From contig NC_042997.1 of the NCBI RefSeq assembly GCF_006345805.1, positions 183,830,001-183,894,000 of the forward strand: a stretch of 64,000 bases of DNA, given 5' to 3'. Origin of the DNA: Octopus sinensis (taxonomy: Eukaryota). Within the stretch, counting starts at the first letter, position 1; every line of letters begins with the position of its first letter. A program made the position numbers and the translations under genes. The notes under the pieces are model-generated. The model did not search any database. It had not been told where the DNA came from and was given only the letters and a program-made list of their open reading frames with translations. Below, piece after piece: positions 13,764 through 26,802 of the stretch.

Positions 13764-13831
13764 ATGGCGGACATGCAATCCGCTCTCTTAGAGATTGAGA
13801 CTTTAAATCAAGAACACCAAGCAAGCAAAAA
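13764..13831 (+). CDS. PRPF4B: PRP4 kinase exon 1 (MADMQSALLEIETLNQEHQASK)
   Basis: gcaATGG Kozak-like context, AA|gtaagc donor; phase 2 fits exon 2. Confidence 0.75.
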
Positions 13832-15593
13832 GTAAGCAAATTCTATGTCTTTAATTGGTTATATAAAATTGCTGGATAATTCTGTTCTATAAAAAGCACA
13901 GAGAAAAGTTTCAATTTATTGATTTTATTGCTCTTTTGACCCTGCGTGTGTTACTTGGGCGACAAGAGAGTTCGTGTTTTCTTTCTTATTTCCTTCACGA
14001 AATCAACTAAACGCTGGAGTGTTAATGTTATTTTAACTAATTACGGTGTATATTATATTTTACCCAATATTACAAGTGGTTATAAATGACTCCTCTTCTC
14101 AGACATTTGTTTTCCCGAAGGGTTCTTTTGTTAGATTATCAGATACCGTGGCTTTTAATCTGAGACAAAAATTCCAGTATGACTTTCTGCGTATTCTTGT
14201 TACAAAATGAACGAAAGGGAAAATGATTGAGTGTTTTCATTTGCTTCATGGCATCTGTGTATTGATTCGAAATCTGTAGATCATTTGCACATAAAAATTA
14301 AGATTGAAATAAAAATAAATCCATAAATCTCCAATCATTGTCAATGACCGGTTACTGTTTGTTTATATTCCCATATCGTTTTACGAAATGCTTCCTTGAA
14401 TAAATACTGTTGTTAAAAGCCAGTGCTTCGAAATTATGAATACTATTTTGTTTCATATTGAGAAGCATGTGTATTTTCTTAGAGACATTTTATTATATCT
14501 CGTGGCTTTAATTAACCCTTTGCTTTGTCGCCAACTAATAAAGTTGCACGCAGTCTGTAGGTGTTGTTTATTTCTTAAGTTTCTGATTTCGAAAACTGGT
14601 GTAGATTTCAGACATTGAATATAACATCGTATTGTTGGAGGGTTGAATATAATCTGTGTATGTTCGATAGATTATTCAATTCCTGTTACGTTAATATCAT
14701 TACACGACCCAACAGCATGCTGGCTAGTTGAATGTTGCTCCCTTCGTATTGACTATATCTCATTAATCACACCCACGAATTAGCCCCTCTTTATCTCTCA
14801 AAGACTAATTAATCAACTGTCAGAATCTACTAATATTTTCGACTATATCTAGACAAAATAAGTTCCAATATCGAAAGGATGGTGAATTAGCAAAATCGTT
14901 AGATATACGGTATTTAATATAATCCTTTAACGTTCTGAGTTCAAATCTAACCGTGGTTTTACCTTTCATTTTCTGGAGGTCGATAAACTAAAGAAATACA
15001 AGTCCAACATAGTCAACTATACCTATCCTTCATATCTATCTGAAATTAATATCCATTGGGAGCTCAATATTTATTTCCTGTCACGTTTCTATCAATATAT
15101 TTACTCTCTATCAATCTAACCACTCTAAGTTGTTGCTTTTTTTTTCTTCTTATTGGTTTGGTCTGGGGAAAGGGACTGTTCCCATTAAAGACATCAACGG
15201 GGTTGGTATTTTTCTTGAACAACTGCAAGTTGAAGTTGTAAGAAAAACATTTGCTTAGAGGGAATTCTACAGGGTGGCCCTGGCTTGGGTGACTGGGCAT
15301 AGTGATGCAAATGGCTAGGTACATGTGAGTCTGGGTAGGCCTGAATTAAGGTGGCATAGGAGGATAGATGCTTCTGAAGTAACAGTATAATAGAAAGAGT
15401 GAAGAGAAGGTACATCTGTGGACTAAAGATATATGTCTTCATGCTAATCAGCCAGGTGGCCCATTGTTTTGGTTGGGAGGAAGATCCTGTGCCCATGCTC
15501 TTTACTGGCCCTCCAAGACTGGTGAGATTTCTGCAGTTGATATTTCTCTTGAATAGTTACTAGTTGATAGCTGCAGGAAGGGAATTAAGAGAT

Positions 15594-15845
15594 CATCATT
15601 GTTCGACCGTGGTCGAGACAATGGAATTTACCATGCTGCGCCAGACTTCACGGTCCATCATAGCATTATGGAGGTCCTGTTGCTGGATGCCTGTATCCCT
15701 GGAGATTACATCAGGGTAGGAGAGTGTGCGCCCTCTGGTATTGCGAGTAGATCGCTTCCAGAGGAGAAGAGTAGAAATTGCCTCGTTTTCAGCTCTACAA
15801 CAATGTCCAGCAAACTGGACTCTCCTACCTTTCACAAGAGATGAC
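15594..15845 (-). mobile_element. RTE-clade LINE 3' end
   Basis: RRVQFAGHCCRAENE...MMDREVWRSMV; (GAT)n tail. Confidence 0.88.
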
Positions 15846-16659
15846 ACTGGTGGTAGTTTCCCATATATTTGCATTTTGGTTGGATGACGCTTCCACAAGA
15901 GATTTAAAAGATAGTTTACAGTCTAGGGAGAGAAAATTCAGTGTAAGAGTTGGTCAAGGAGCAGTAGCTACTATAGTAGCAGTAGAGAAGACAGCACATT
16001 TGTGAACTAGAGACTTTGGTGGGTTTGTGATTAACATCATTTGAGTGGCTTTCTTTGGATGTGGTCTTAGCTGTTTGTGTGTGGATCAGTAGCACTTGGT
16101 GAGCAATTTTGCATTTTGGATCTCACTTAGGTTTTAAAGACAATTAGTAGTTATGGAGGAGGACTAATGCATTTTCTGGTCTTCTGAAGAGAAAAGTCAG
16201 TATTTGTGATGCTGTTTTGAATATAATTGAAGATGTATGCTTTGCCAAGAGAGATCCTCAGTAATGATGAGGCCTAGTGTTTGTAGTAACTGTGAGTTCT
16301 AGTTGCATGCTAATCATGATGGGGAGTTGGGTATACTCTTTCTCTCTTTTACTTGTTTCAGTCATGTGACTGTGACCATGCTGTAGCACTGCCTTTAGTC
16401 AAACAAATCGACCCCAGGACTTATTCTTTGTAAGCCTAGTACTTATTCTATTGGTCTCTTTTGCTGAACTGCTAAGTTACAGGAACACACCAGCATCGGT
16501 TGTCGAGTGATATTGGGGGGACCAACACAGACACACAAACATTTACACACACATACATATATACGACGGGCTTCTTTCAGTTTGCGTCTACCAAATTCAC
16601 TCACAAGGCTTTGGTTAGCCCAAGGCTATAGTAGAAGACACTTGCCCAAGATGCCACAC

Positions 16660-17015
16660 AGTGGGCCGACAGATGTGAAGTTTTCGAGGAATGAAGGGTA
16701 GTGTCATCTGTGTAGGATTGGGCTTTGTTGGAGGTGACAACAAGATGTTTAAAAAGAAAAGTGTAGGTAGACAAAATGAACCCTGCGGTGCATGAGTTGA
16801 TAGAGTGTAGTGGGGTTCAGAGAGAACTTCATTTGTGCATATTTCAGATGTGTGATCTAACAGACAACCACTAATTCAAGAGACAGGAGACAGAGGGGAC
16901 CGTTAGGTAGACATTTCCATCTCTGCCAGATTTGTTTGTCTGATACAGATACAGTTGAAAACTTTACTGATATCAAGAGCAACAACAGTTTTCATTATAT
17001 TTCTTAAAGAGTGAG
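16660..17015 (-). pseudogene. Ancient LINE reverse transcriptase fragment
   Basis: Degenerate ALDISKVF..., PQGS-like region, SYTDDTTLH (YADD motif) with frameshifts. Confidence 0.55.
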
Positions 17016-17151
17016 ATCTCACTAACAGTAATTAAGGTGGGAGAGTGAGAAATTCAAGGTGAAGGAGATGGTTGTTGTCAATGGGTGTGTTTCATTGTCC
17101 TTGAATTGTTAGGAGTGAGTATGATAGGGCAATAAGTGGCAGTGATGTAAT

Positions 17152-17280
17152 CCTGATGTAATCTCCAGGGATACAGGCATCCAGCAACAGGACCTCCGTA
17201 ATGCTATGATGGACCGTGAAGTCTGGCGTAGCATAGTAAATTCCATTGTCTCGACCACGGTCGAACAATGATGATGATGA
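17152..17280 (+). mobile_element. RTE-clade LINE 3' end (inverted to 15594 copy)
   Basis: 122 bp nearly identical to reverse complement of 15594-15715. Confidence 0.88.
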
Positions 17281-17667
17281 GTGGCAGTGAGAAGAATTAG
17301 CTCTTCTTGGGAATAGGACACACTACAGATTGTTTACCAAATTTCTAAGCTATCTGTATATGTGATAGCAGTGCCATCCCAGATGTTAGAGAAATATTTT
17401 ATTGTGAGTATCATTTGAACAAAAAATGTGTCTCAAGACTATAATTTCAATTTATTTCAGTTAGAATTTCAGTATGTATTTTTCCCGTCTTTTTTTAAAG
17501 GTAATTTTATTAATTTTGCGACACAATTAGCTTCACCTTGCATATGTACACAGCTTGGGAACCACTTTGTCAATTTATTCTGCTGTGACTTTTGTTACTG
17601 TATATATTTTTGCTTCTTTGTGTTTCTGGTTACTTTTAATTTTGTCATTTTTTTTTCTCTGTTACAG

Positions 17668-18771
17668 GGGTGAAAGTTCATGCAGTGAAGATGGAATGGA
17701 GAAGGAGGTACATAGTCGAAGAGACAAGAAGAAACACAAGCACAAACATAAACATAAGCACAAACATAGCAACGATCGAAAACGGCACAAACATAAGCGT
17801 AAAAAGCACAGGTCAGAGAAATACCAAGCTTCAAAGGATGACAGTGACCAGAAAGGGCGATTAGAAGACAATGACCTAGCTAAGCTGGAAGCGGCCAGAG
17901 ATGCTATCCGTGCCCATTTAAATGGGGAGAAAAATGCACAGATAATGAATGCTATGGCACTTATAGCTCAGGGTTATGGGTCAGATTCTGAGGAAGAAGC
18001 TGAAGAAGGTGAGATTGAAAATCAGAAAGTGAAGCTATCTCCCGAGCAGTCTGATCCCCATTCAAAAGAAGATGACTACCATCCTCCCCATCATCATCAT
18101 CATCATCACCACCATCACCACCACCATTCCCATAGTCATGGTAGTGAAAGTAATTCTCAAAAGACTGAATCTGTTTATAAAAAAAATGACAGTTCTTACT
18201 ATAGAGAAGGCTCTTATTACAACAAAAATAATCAAGCAGAAGATTCACATCAGAGGGAGAGAGAACCTTCTGATAATAGCAACTATGCGAGAAACTATGA
18301 TTATGAATATTACTCTCCTCCAATGCATGCATCCGCACATGAGTTAGATGTAACAACACAGCGAGAATGCGACACCAGAATTGTCATTGACCACAGTGAA
18401 GATAATGCTACTTATTTTGCAAACAGAAAGAGCACGGGGCAGACATCACAGTCGTCATCTCATAAATCTAAAGGGGATAAATTAGCTTCTTCAGTAAGTA
18501 CACCGATGCGAGAAGACTCGGTGGAGAGATACTTAGAACAGTTTTTACAGCAGAGTCGGAGATCAACAAGTCATTCTCCACATATGGCATTTCCTAAGTC
18601 GAAAGAGAAACAGTCGTCTGAAAAAAACTCTGAAAGGGAATCTTTGCGCCATGAGAGGAGTAGTAAAAAGTATTCTGATGGAGATCGAAATGTGGTCTGG
18701 ATTGATTCAGAAACAAATAACTCTCATTATCGATCAGAACATGACCAACACAAGCATTCCTCTCCTCCAAG
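17668..18771 (+). CDS. PRPF4B: PRPF4B exon 2 (KH-rich, poly-His, Ser/Arg-rich)
   Basis: ttacag acceptor, AG|gtaagt; 1104 nt open; KKHKHKHKHKH tract as in the PRP4K N-terminus. Confidence 0.93.
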
Positions 18772-19057
18772 GTAAGTATTTTTATTATTTTGTTGGTTTT
18801 ATTTATTTCTTTTTATTAACTTTTTTTTGTCATTCAAAAATATAACTTGAATATCTTTTGTTATTCTCTACTTTCAAAATAATCTGAGTTTTCAGCTAAC
18901 AGTTTTTTTCAAGCTGAAATACCCGCTTTATGTACATCATCGTCACACCTACTTTTCCATGCTTGCATGGATCAAACAGAACTTGTTGAGGCAGATTTTT
19001 CTATGGCTGGGTACCCCTCCTGTTGCCAACCCTCACCTGTTTCCAAACTAAATAATA

Positions 19058-19622
19058 TTGGGTTGTCCAGAAAGTTTGTGCCAATTTTTAAAGGAAAGAA
19101 AAAGGTCAATAAATACTTGCCATTACATTTTTAATCAACCAAATATGAAACATTTTATTGCTCAATGCATCTCCATCTTTCCTTTAACTTGAAAATACTC
19201 TCTTCCCAGAATTGAAGGGTTTCATGGCAAATAATTCATTAAGGTATCTTTTTACATCATCCAAGGAATTGAAATTTTTACCATTAAGACTATTCTGCAG
19301 AGACCTGAATAAGTGGAAATCTGAAGGAGCAATATCTGGTGAATATGGAGGGTGATGTAACACATACCAGCCAAGCTGCAGCAATTTTTGTCTGGTTCCC
19401 AAAGCATCAAGTGCCGAAAATGAACTTTCTTATCTTCCATTTTAAAGGGTTACAGAATTAACACAGGTTATAGGAACATAAACCTTCTTCCACGTAAAGA
19501 TAGCTTAAACTGTGCTCTAAATGGAGGTGTAGTCAAATCCTATTTTATGGACTCAACCATGTTCTAAAATAAGTCGAAAGGTAAGCTACTATAAATTGGC
19601 ACGAACTTTCCGGACAACCCAA
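19058..19622 (-). mobile_element. Internally deleted mariner with both TIRs
   Basis: TA|TTGGGTTGTCCAGAAAGTTTGTGCCAATTT ... AAATTGGCACGAACTTTCCGGACAACCCAA|TA; HPPYSPDIAPSDFHLFRSL. Confidence 0.95.
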
Positions 19623-21790
19623 TATTTCCCATGGTCAGACATGGAAGACTGGAAACAAGCAACATTACTTGTATGACAGTGATTTACTTGTTTACATCTA
19701 TCATATGATGTGAAGACAAAGGTACGCACAAACCACGTCTGTGCCTACCATGTTCTATTAATTCCTTTATTTCTCTTACTGTTAAAAATACAATGAACCT
19801 ATGATGCCTTTCTTCACTGATTACTATATAAAATGTAAAAAGTAAAACTAATTCTCTACACCTCACTGAATAGTGAGTTTCACTTTCTCAATATGTATGA
19901 AACAGCATAATTATTTTCCTTCTATCATGATGAAATTTAATAAAAAATATAATGAAATAAATGATATTTGGCAAGTGTCTTCTACTATAGCCTCGGGCCG
20001 ACCAAAGCCTTGTGAGTGGATTTGGTAGACGGAAACTGAAAGAAGCCTGTCGTATATATGTATATATATATATATATATTTAAAAAAGATGTGGAACATG
20101 AGTTGTGATATATAAAAAAAGGAAATGAAGAAAATGCTGACAAAATAATTTAAGTAAGTGAGAGTGTATTTAATTAGGTGAAAGTTCTTTTTACCGGTTG
20201 CGCATTTCTTATGCTTATCAAAAGATATTTTTTTAAGAGAGATAGAGTTCCTTTCTGATAGATTTTTTTCTCTTATCTGACTTTATGTTGGGTTTGCTGT
20301 CTCTTATTTGTGAAAAAAGAGGCTCCAGAGTTGTTTAAGATTTGCTTGGTTTCGCGCCTAAAATTTCTTGTGGACAATGGTCAATACAATTTTGATTGGT
20401 CATTATAAAGGGGTCACGTGAATGTTTGAATGGAAGTTGGTGTTGGGGTAAGAAAATAGGCTCCAGAGATGTTAAAATTTGGCTAGTGTCGCGCCTAAAA
20501 TTTCTTATTGGTCATAATAAAGAGGTCACTTGGATGTGGTCATAATAGAGAGGTCATGTGAATGTTTAGAATGAATGTTGGTGTGGGTGGTGTATGGAGT
20601 TTTGGAAAATAGCATTGTTGAAAATTCTTATTGTTCAGGCTGGTCAGTAGACGTCATGTGGATATTTTAAATAGCTTTTTAGGGCGTAGTTAAGGAGTGT
20701 ATTTTCCGCTTGACTGAATTTGAGCTGGATAAGTAAGTTCATTTAGGACAGGCAGAGCTATATGTATGTATGTGTGCGTGTGTGTGTGTGTTTATATGTA
20801 TGTTAGGGCGCGCGCGCATGTATATATGTGTGCGTACAATTTTCAATATTTATAGTTCTGCTGGCCTTGTGCCTGTATCGGGAAGCAACGTGTTTGTGTG
20901 AAGTCAATATTTACAGTCATTTCCAAAAAATAGTGTTGAATGTTTTGCACCCGTATCAAATTATGTGTATGTGTGGAACCATATATTTGCGTGTGTCATG
21001 GTGTTAATATCTGGGTAAAAGTGTGTGTAGGGTGTGTGCAGGTGTAAGTGTGTTTGTTGTGGGTTCGTGTTAGGGGGATGTGTTTAGAAGTGGTCTGTAT
21101 TTATTAATAAAGTGGGATTCCATGGTTATTCGCTGGGTATGAGTGGCATTGTCTTTAAATTTGTAGAGGGGAAAGATTCTAAAATTGGGATGAAGTTGTA
21201 CGGCACAGGTATCAATATGTGCACTAAGTGCTATTTTTCTGTTCTTCTTCTCCTTTTTTATTTATATATATATATATATGCGTGTGTGTGTTTGTCCCCC
21301 TAGCATTGTTTGACAACCAATGCTGGTGTGTTTATGTCCCCGTTACTTAGCGGTTCGGCAAAAGAGACCTATAGAATAAGTACTGGGCTTACAAAAGAAT
21401 AAGTCCCGGGGTCGAGTTGCTCGATTAAAGGCGTTGCTCCAGCATTGCCGCAGTTAAATGACTGAAACAAGTAAAAGAGAGAAAGAGAGTATTGAATGAG
21501 ATTTTTTTGTGATTTGCTGTGCTTGAGAAGACACGTCAAACCAAGTGAAACCATAGTTGTGGCCTGTGCTGGTGACATGTAAAGGTGATCCACTACACTC
21601 TTGGAATGGGTGGCATTAGAAAGGGCATCGAGCTGTAGAAATCCAACCAAATCAGACTGAAGCCTGGTACAACTCTCCAGTTTACCTGTCCCAGTCAAAC
21701 TGTCTAACCCACGCCAGCTTGGAAAACAGACACTAAATTAAGTAAAATTCGTTTAAATGATGATGAACTTTGATATATATGTATGCATAC

Positions 21791-21823
<33 letters not shown>

Positions 21824-21824
<1 letters not shown>

Positions 21825-21963
21825 CGGGAAGCTTTATGAAAATAAACAAAAGACGAAGGCAGGTGGAATATAAACAAACAATTGTATTAGTATGGCGCTC
21901 AGGAATATAAATAAAACAAGTCTTTTACATTTCGAGCCTACGCTCTTCAACAGAAAGATACAC
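21824..21963 (-). mobile_element. Penelope-like pLTR fragment inserted in (TA)n
   Basis: Hammerhead-like motif; flanked on both sides by TA microsatellite. Confidence 0.5.
21921..21958 (-). ncRNA. Minimal hammerhead-like motif (A6U variant)
   Basis: TCTTT-CTGTTGA-A-GAGC-gtag-GCTC-GAAAT-GTA-AAAGA; 5-bp stem I, 4-bp stem II. Confidence 0.55.
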
Positions 21964-21994
21964 ATATATATATATATATATGTATGTATGTATG

Positions 21995-22032
<38 letters not shown>
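21964..22032. repeat. (TA)n/(TATG)n microsatellite
   Basis: Direct reading; many similar TA/TG/CA tracts elsewhere (e.g. 31810-32030, 33330-33530, 33753-33790). Confidence 0.95.
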
Positions 22033-22035
<3 letters not shown>

Positions 22036-22654
22036 TCATCATCATTGTTTAACGTCTGCTTTCCATGCTAGCATGGGTTGGAAAATTTGACTGAGGACTG
22101 GCGAACCAGATGGCTGCACCAGGATCCAATCTTGATCTGGCAGAGTTTCTACAGCTGGATGCCCTTCCTAAAGCCAACCACTCTGAGAGTGTAGTGGGTG
22201 CTTTTACGTGTCACCAGCACGAGGGCCAGTCAGGCTGTACTGGCAACGGCCATGCTCAAATGGTGTTTTTTATGTGCCACCTGCACAGAAGTCAGTCCAG
22301 CGGCACTGGCAATGACCTTGCTCAAATGTTTTTTCACATGCCACCGGGACAAGTGCCAGTAAGGCGACGCTGGTAACGATCATGCTTGAATGGTGCTTTT
22401 TACATGCCACCGACACGGAAGCTAGTTAGCTGCTCTGGCAACGATCACACTCAGATGATGCTCTTAGCGCTCAACTAGCACGGATGCCAGTCATCGAATT
22501 TGATTTCAATTTCGATTCCGATTTCACTTGCCTCAACAGGTCTTCGCGAGCAGAGTTTAGTGTCCAATGAAGGAAAGGTATGCATAAGTGGGCTGGTTAC
22601 ACCCCTGGCATAGGCCACGAGGTAATGGTCTCACTTGGCTTGCCAGGTCTTCTC
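22033..22654 (-). mobile_element. (GAT)n-tailed repeat family B, longest copy
   Basis: Conserved GGAAGGGCATCCAGCTGTAGAAAC and ...GGACGTTAAACGATGATG end. Other copies ~2184-2458(-), 21515-21765(+), 25140-25570(-), 26600-27622(+), 32030-32290(-), 34183-34445(-), 34495-34667(+), 43262-43632(+), 45350-45937(+), 50043-50400(-), 51296-51733(+), 57083-57320(-), 57836-57975(-), 58213-58497(+). Confidence 0.9.
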
Positions 22655-23467
22655 AACTAAATGATGATGATAATGTGAACACTTCAAACCATAAACACAA
22701 GTGGCAGTTGAATTCAGTACTGCAAGCAAATTAAGTGATCACCAATTTTACAGTCATTTCAACATCACTCTTAAAGTAGTGAACTCTACACACCACATTA
22801 TAGTAGTACCTACTCTTACTAGGCCACTAGAAGTTAAGTGTGTCGATCATGGATATAGTGGTCTTATTGATTATATTATTTGAACAACTAATCCTTCAGT
22901 AATTGATTTGACCAGCTTTGACTCTTTTCTATAGATGTATTTCCAAAATTATTTTAGTTTCATTGAAGTATCATTTTTAATACAGCAAACTGCTGTTGTT
23001 TATCTCAAGGTCAGCCCTGATTGAGTAGTCCTATGATAAAAGATATTCCAACCATAACTATCCTATCTTTTATTCAGGCATAATATAGCTAGGAATGCAT
23101 TATCTAACATGATAATGTTATTAAAATGCTAGGGTATAATTTAAAGAAGATTTTGCTGTTACTTCTAGCAAGTCAAATGACCACATATAAGCTCTCTTGT
23201 TGACATATGATATAGCAGAACTGGCATGCTGAAACAGTGAAGGTTGTGGGAGGTCTTTATCGTCATATGTTCATTTTTCTGTGTTGGTATGGGCTGGACA
23301 GGTCATTATAGTCAGTTATTAAAGTTACTGCCTTCCTAGAGGGGTCAAGGCCCTCTTCTCATTCGTACATTTCATTTTTGGTATTGTTTCTATTACTAAC
23401 CACTTTACTGAATGTAATAGATGCACCAGCACTAGAGAGGTTGTCTTGCCTCCAGCAAAACTGAAGA

Positions 23468-24021
23468 GTAACCCCTTATGTTTGTCTCTGTTTTTATTCA
23501 TTCATCATTCTTCCTTGCTTTGCCTCTGTTCATTCATTCATTCCTTTCTTTCCCACCCTAAAGGATAGGAAGAGAGCTACAGCTAAAGGGGTATAGTGTG
23601 TTAAAAGGGAGAGTGAGTGATAGGCAGTTGTATGATAGTTGATAGTAAGGAAATTGAATAGAAGCAACATAACCAAGCAGTTGATAAAAGAGAGAAATGG
23701 AAGTTAGAGAACCAGAGCAAGAGAGTGATAGAGAGGAGAGGGTAATAGAAAGCTGAGACCCCCTTCGGTCACGACACAGACCATGGGATTGCACCTAGAA
23801 AGTTACCATCCCAGGCACAAGTCTGGGCAAGGTTGTTTATGGAAGACCAGCAGTCGCCCATGCATACCTGCCTCCTCTCTCCACGCCACCAGTGTTATCC
23901 AAGGGAAAGGCAAGGGCCAATACAGCTTGGTACCTGTGACGTTGCAACTTATTTCTACAGCTGAGTAAACTCGAGCAATGTGAAATAAACTGCCTTGCTC
24001 AAGAACACAACATGCAGCCCG
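23468..24021 (+). repeat. Donor copy of 555-bp local duplication
   Basis: Matches 26803-27358 except for 2 homopolymer indels and 1 substitution. Confidence 0.95.
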
Positions 24022-24092
24022 GTCCGGGATTCGAGCTCACAACCTCTCAATCGTAAGCTTGTTGCTCTAACCACTGAGCCATGCGCCTTCAC
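23752..24092 (-). mobile_element. tRNA-derived SINE family D
   Basis: Reverse-complement head GTGAAGGCGCATGGCTCAGTGGTTAGAGC..CTCGAATCCC. Related copies 1165-1414(-), 4740-5010(-), 55519-55712(+). Confidence 0.85.
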
Positions 24093-26802
24093 ACAATAGA
24101 AAAAAGAAGGTGATAAACTGTTATGTTGTTGTTGATATAGTTGTTGCTAATTGTAAATTATATCAGAAGTATAAGTTTAGTATATTCATCTGCACTTAGA
24201 TTTACTCTGCTGATGTATTCTCACATTTGCTACATTGCATTCAGTTCATCTGTAAATATCCCCTCATTAATAGTTCAGTAGCTTGGTTTTTCTTTCTCCT
24301 GTCTCTTAATATATTAGCTGATCTTTGCATAGATATAGTGCATATTCTTTCATACCTAGGAACCTTCTCCCTTTCTAGATTTTTGTATTTTCATTAGATC
24401 TCCTATTTTAGTTATCTATCTCCTACATATTCTTGTCATTGTTATATCTACTTTTCAATGTTGGCAAAACTATCAGTATCACCTGTCATTGCTTGGGTTT
24501 GTTTCGACCCTTTAGGATTGGAATCTTTGAAAAGTAAAATTTTGCATTATGTAGCTTGTTATTCTCTTCAAGTGAAAATTTTTCTGGTTGAAATACACCA
24601 AAAAATGGCGACACAGCAGTCAAAAAATCGTAAAAAAATAGGGATTTTCGTAGAAAAAAAGCACCTTTTTGATGTAAATAATTTTTGGTGTTAACATGGT
24701 CTGATTTGAAATTTTCTTCTATGGAAGGAAGAGCAAGCCTTCTCCTATCATACTCTCAATTTTGGTCAACTTGCGCCACAGGGTCTCGGAGGAGATAGTG
24801 TTAGTTGAAGGCTACCAAACCTGCCATACACAGACAACTTCAGCTTATATATATAGAGAGATTAGACCTTACTGCTTCTCAAGAGTTTTATCTTTCTCTG
24901 AGACAAGTTCCTTCCACACAGCACTTTTTCACTTACCTGCACACAATCAACTAATGCCTTAATGTCTAACTACCTTCTCATTTCACATGTACTCTATTTT
25001 TCATGCAAGTTAACATTGTGCATCTAATAAGATAACTCATTTCTCACCAGCTTTTTGAAGATCTTCAACATTTAGTGCTTAGTCTTTGCTGCTATGCAAC
25101 ATTATACTTCTTAGGCATGAATAGAAAAACCTTTGGTATTCATCATCATCATCATCATCATTTAATGTCCACTTTCCATGCTAGCATGGGTTGGACTATT
25201 TGACTGAGGACTGGTGAACCAGATGGCTGCGCCAGGCTCCATCTGATCTGTTTTCACAGCTGGATGCCCTTCCTAACGCCAACAACTCCAAGAGTGTAGT
25301 GGCTGCTTTTATGTGCCACTGGCATGAGGGCCAGTCTAGCGGTACTGGCAACGGCCACGCTCTAAATGGTGTTTTTTACATGCCACCTGCACAGGAGTCA
25401 GTCCAGCGGCACTGGCAACAACCTCGCTTGAATGTTTTGTTCACGTGCCACCTGCACAAGTGCCAGTAAGGCGACGCTGGTAACGATCATGCTCAAATTG
25501 TACTTTTTACGTGCCCACCGGCATGGAAGCCAGACAGCTGCTCTGGCAGTAATCCTGATCAGATGGAGGTGCTTCTAACCCTCCAACTATATACTCATCA
25601 CAGCTACTTCCATCACTAATCTTTGTCATATTATTAGAATTATTGCATAACTGAAGACTGGAATCTTTTGATTTTCTTGTATTACATGTGTAGTAAATGC
25701 ACTCTGTTCATTTCCTTCAAACCTCCTTAATTTCAGTTGAGGGCTTGTACAATAGAATAGGGATTTCTTTCTGCTAGAATATGGTGACCTTTTAAATGAG
25801 ACGTGTCTCTTATCTCTCATAGAAAATATGTAATCTAGATAAAAAATTATATATTTCTTCTAGCCAGCCATCTGAATTGTTCATTGAATTCATTTCATAA
25901 GAAGGCGGTGAGCTGGCAGAAACGTTAGCATGCTGGGCGAAATGCTTAGCGGTATTTCATCTGCAATTACATTTTGAGTTCAAATTCCACCAAGGTCGAC
26001 TTTGCCTTTCGTCCTTTCAGGGTTGATAAATTAAGTACCAGTTACACACTGGGGTCGATGTAATCAACTTAATCCCTTTGTCTGTCCTTGTTTGTCCCCT
26101 CTATGTTTAACCCCTTGTGGGCAATAAAGAAATAAGAATTCATTTCATGAGATCTTCTATTATCTACTCTTGCATAACTAAGCTCCTCTGCACTTTTCTA
26201 TATCCATTTGCTTGCTTTCAGTACAAGGAACTAAATTCTACCAAATCTCTTTACATATTAAACTGCTATGGTTTTGAAGTCTTTATTTACTAAATACATT
26301 TCTCTTTGACCTAATGCCAGTTGTACTTCACTGTCCACCAAGTCAAGAGTAAAGACTAATCAGTTTCTGGGCATGTTCTTCCCACTTTGAAATTCGCAAA
26401 ATCCCTCTCTTTCAGATTTTGTTTTGTGCTTTGGGAATGATTTACAAAATATCTCTAACTTTGCCATGTTTAATTCCAACATTAAGCATATATTTACTAA
26501 TATTGAAGTTAAACTAATCCTCATGTATGAATATAAACTGAGTGTCCCTGCTTGTATTTGGTTTGGGAAATAAGCTATTGAGAACAATCAATTTCAAAGA
26601 ACAAGTGTGATCGCTGACAGAGTGGCTAACCGGCTTCTGTGCCAGTGGCACATAAAAAGGTCACCATTCGAGTATGATCATTACCAGCGTCGCCTTACTG
26701 GCACTTGTGCATGTGCTAATAGGGCACCATCCAAGCATGATCGTTGCCAGAGCAGCCAACTGGCTTCCGTACCCGTGGCACATAAAAGGGCACCATTCGA
26801 GC

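Noticed and set aside
17555-17667. ORF-track N-terminus MGTTLSIY... of the 406-aa ORF
   Set aside because: It is intron pyrimidine-tract read-through; a strong acceptor lies at 17667 and a phase-compatible exon 1 exists.
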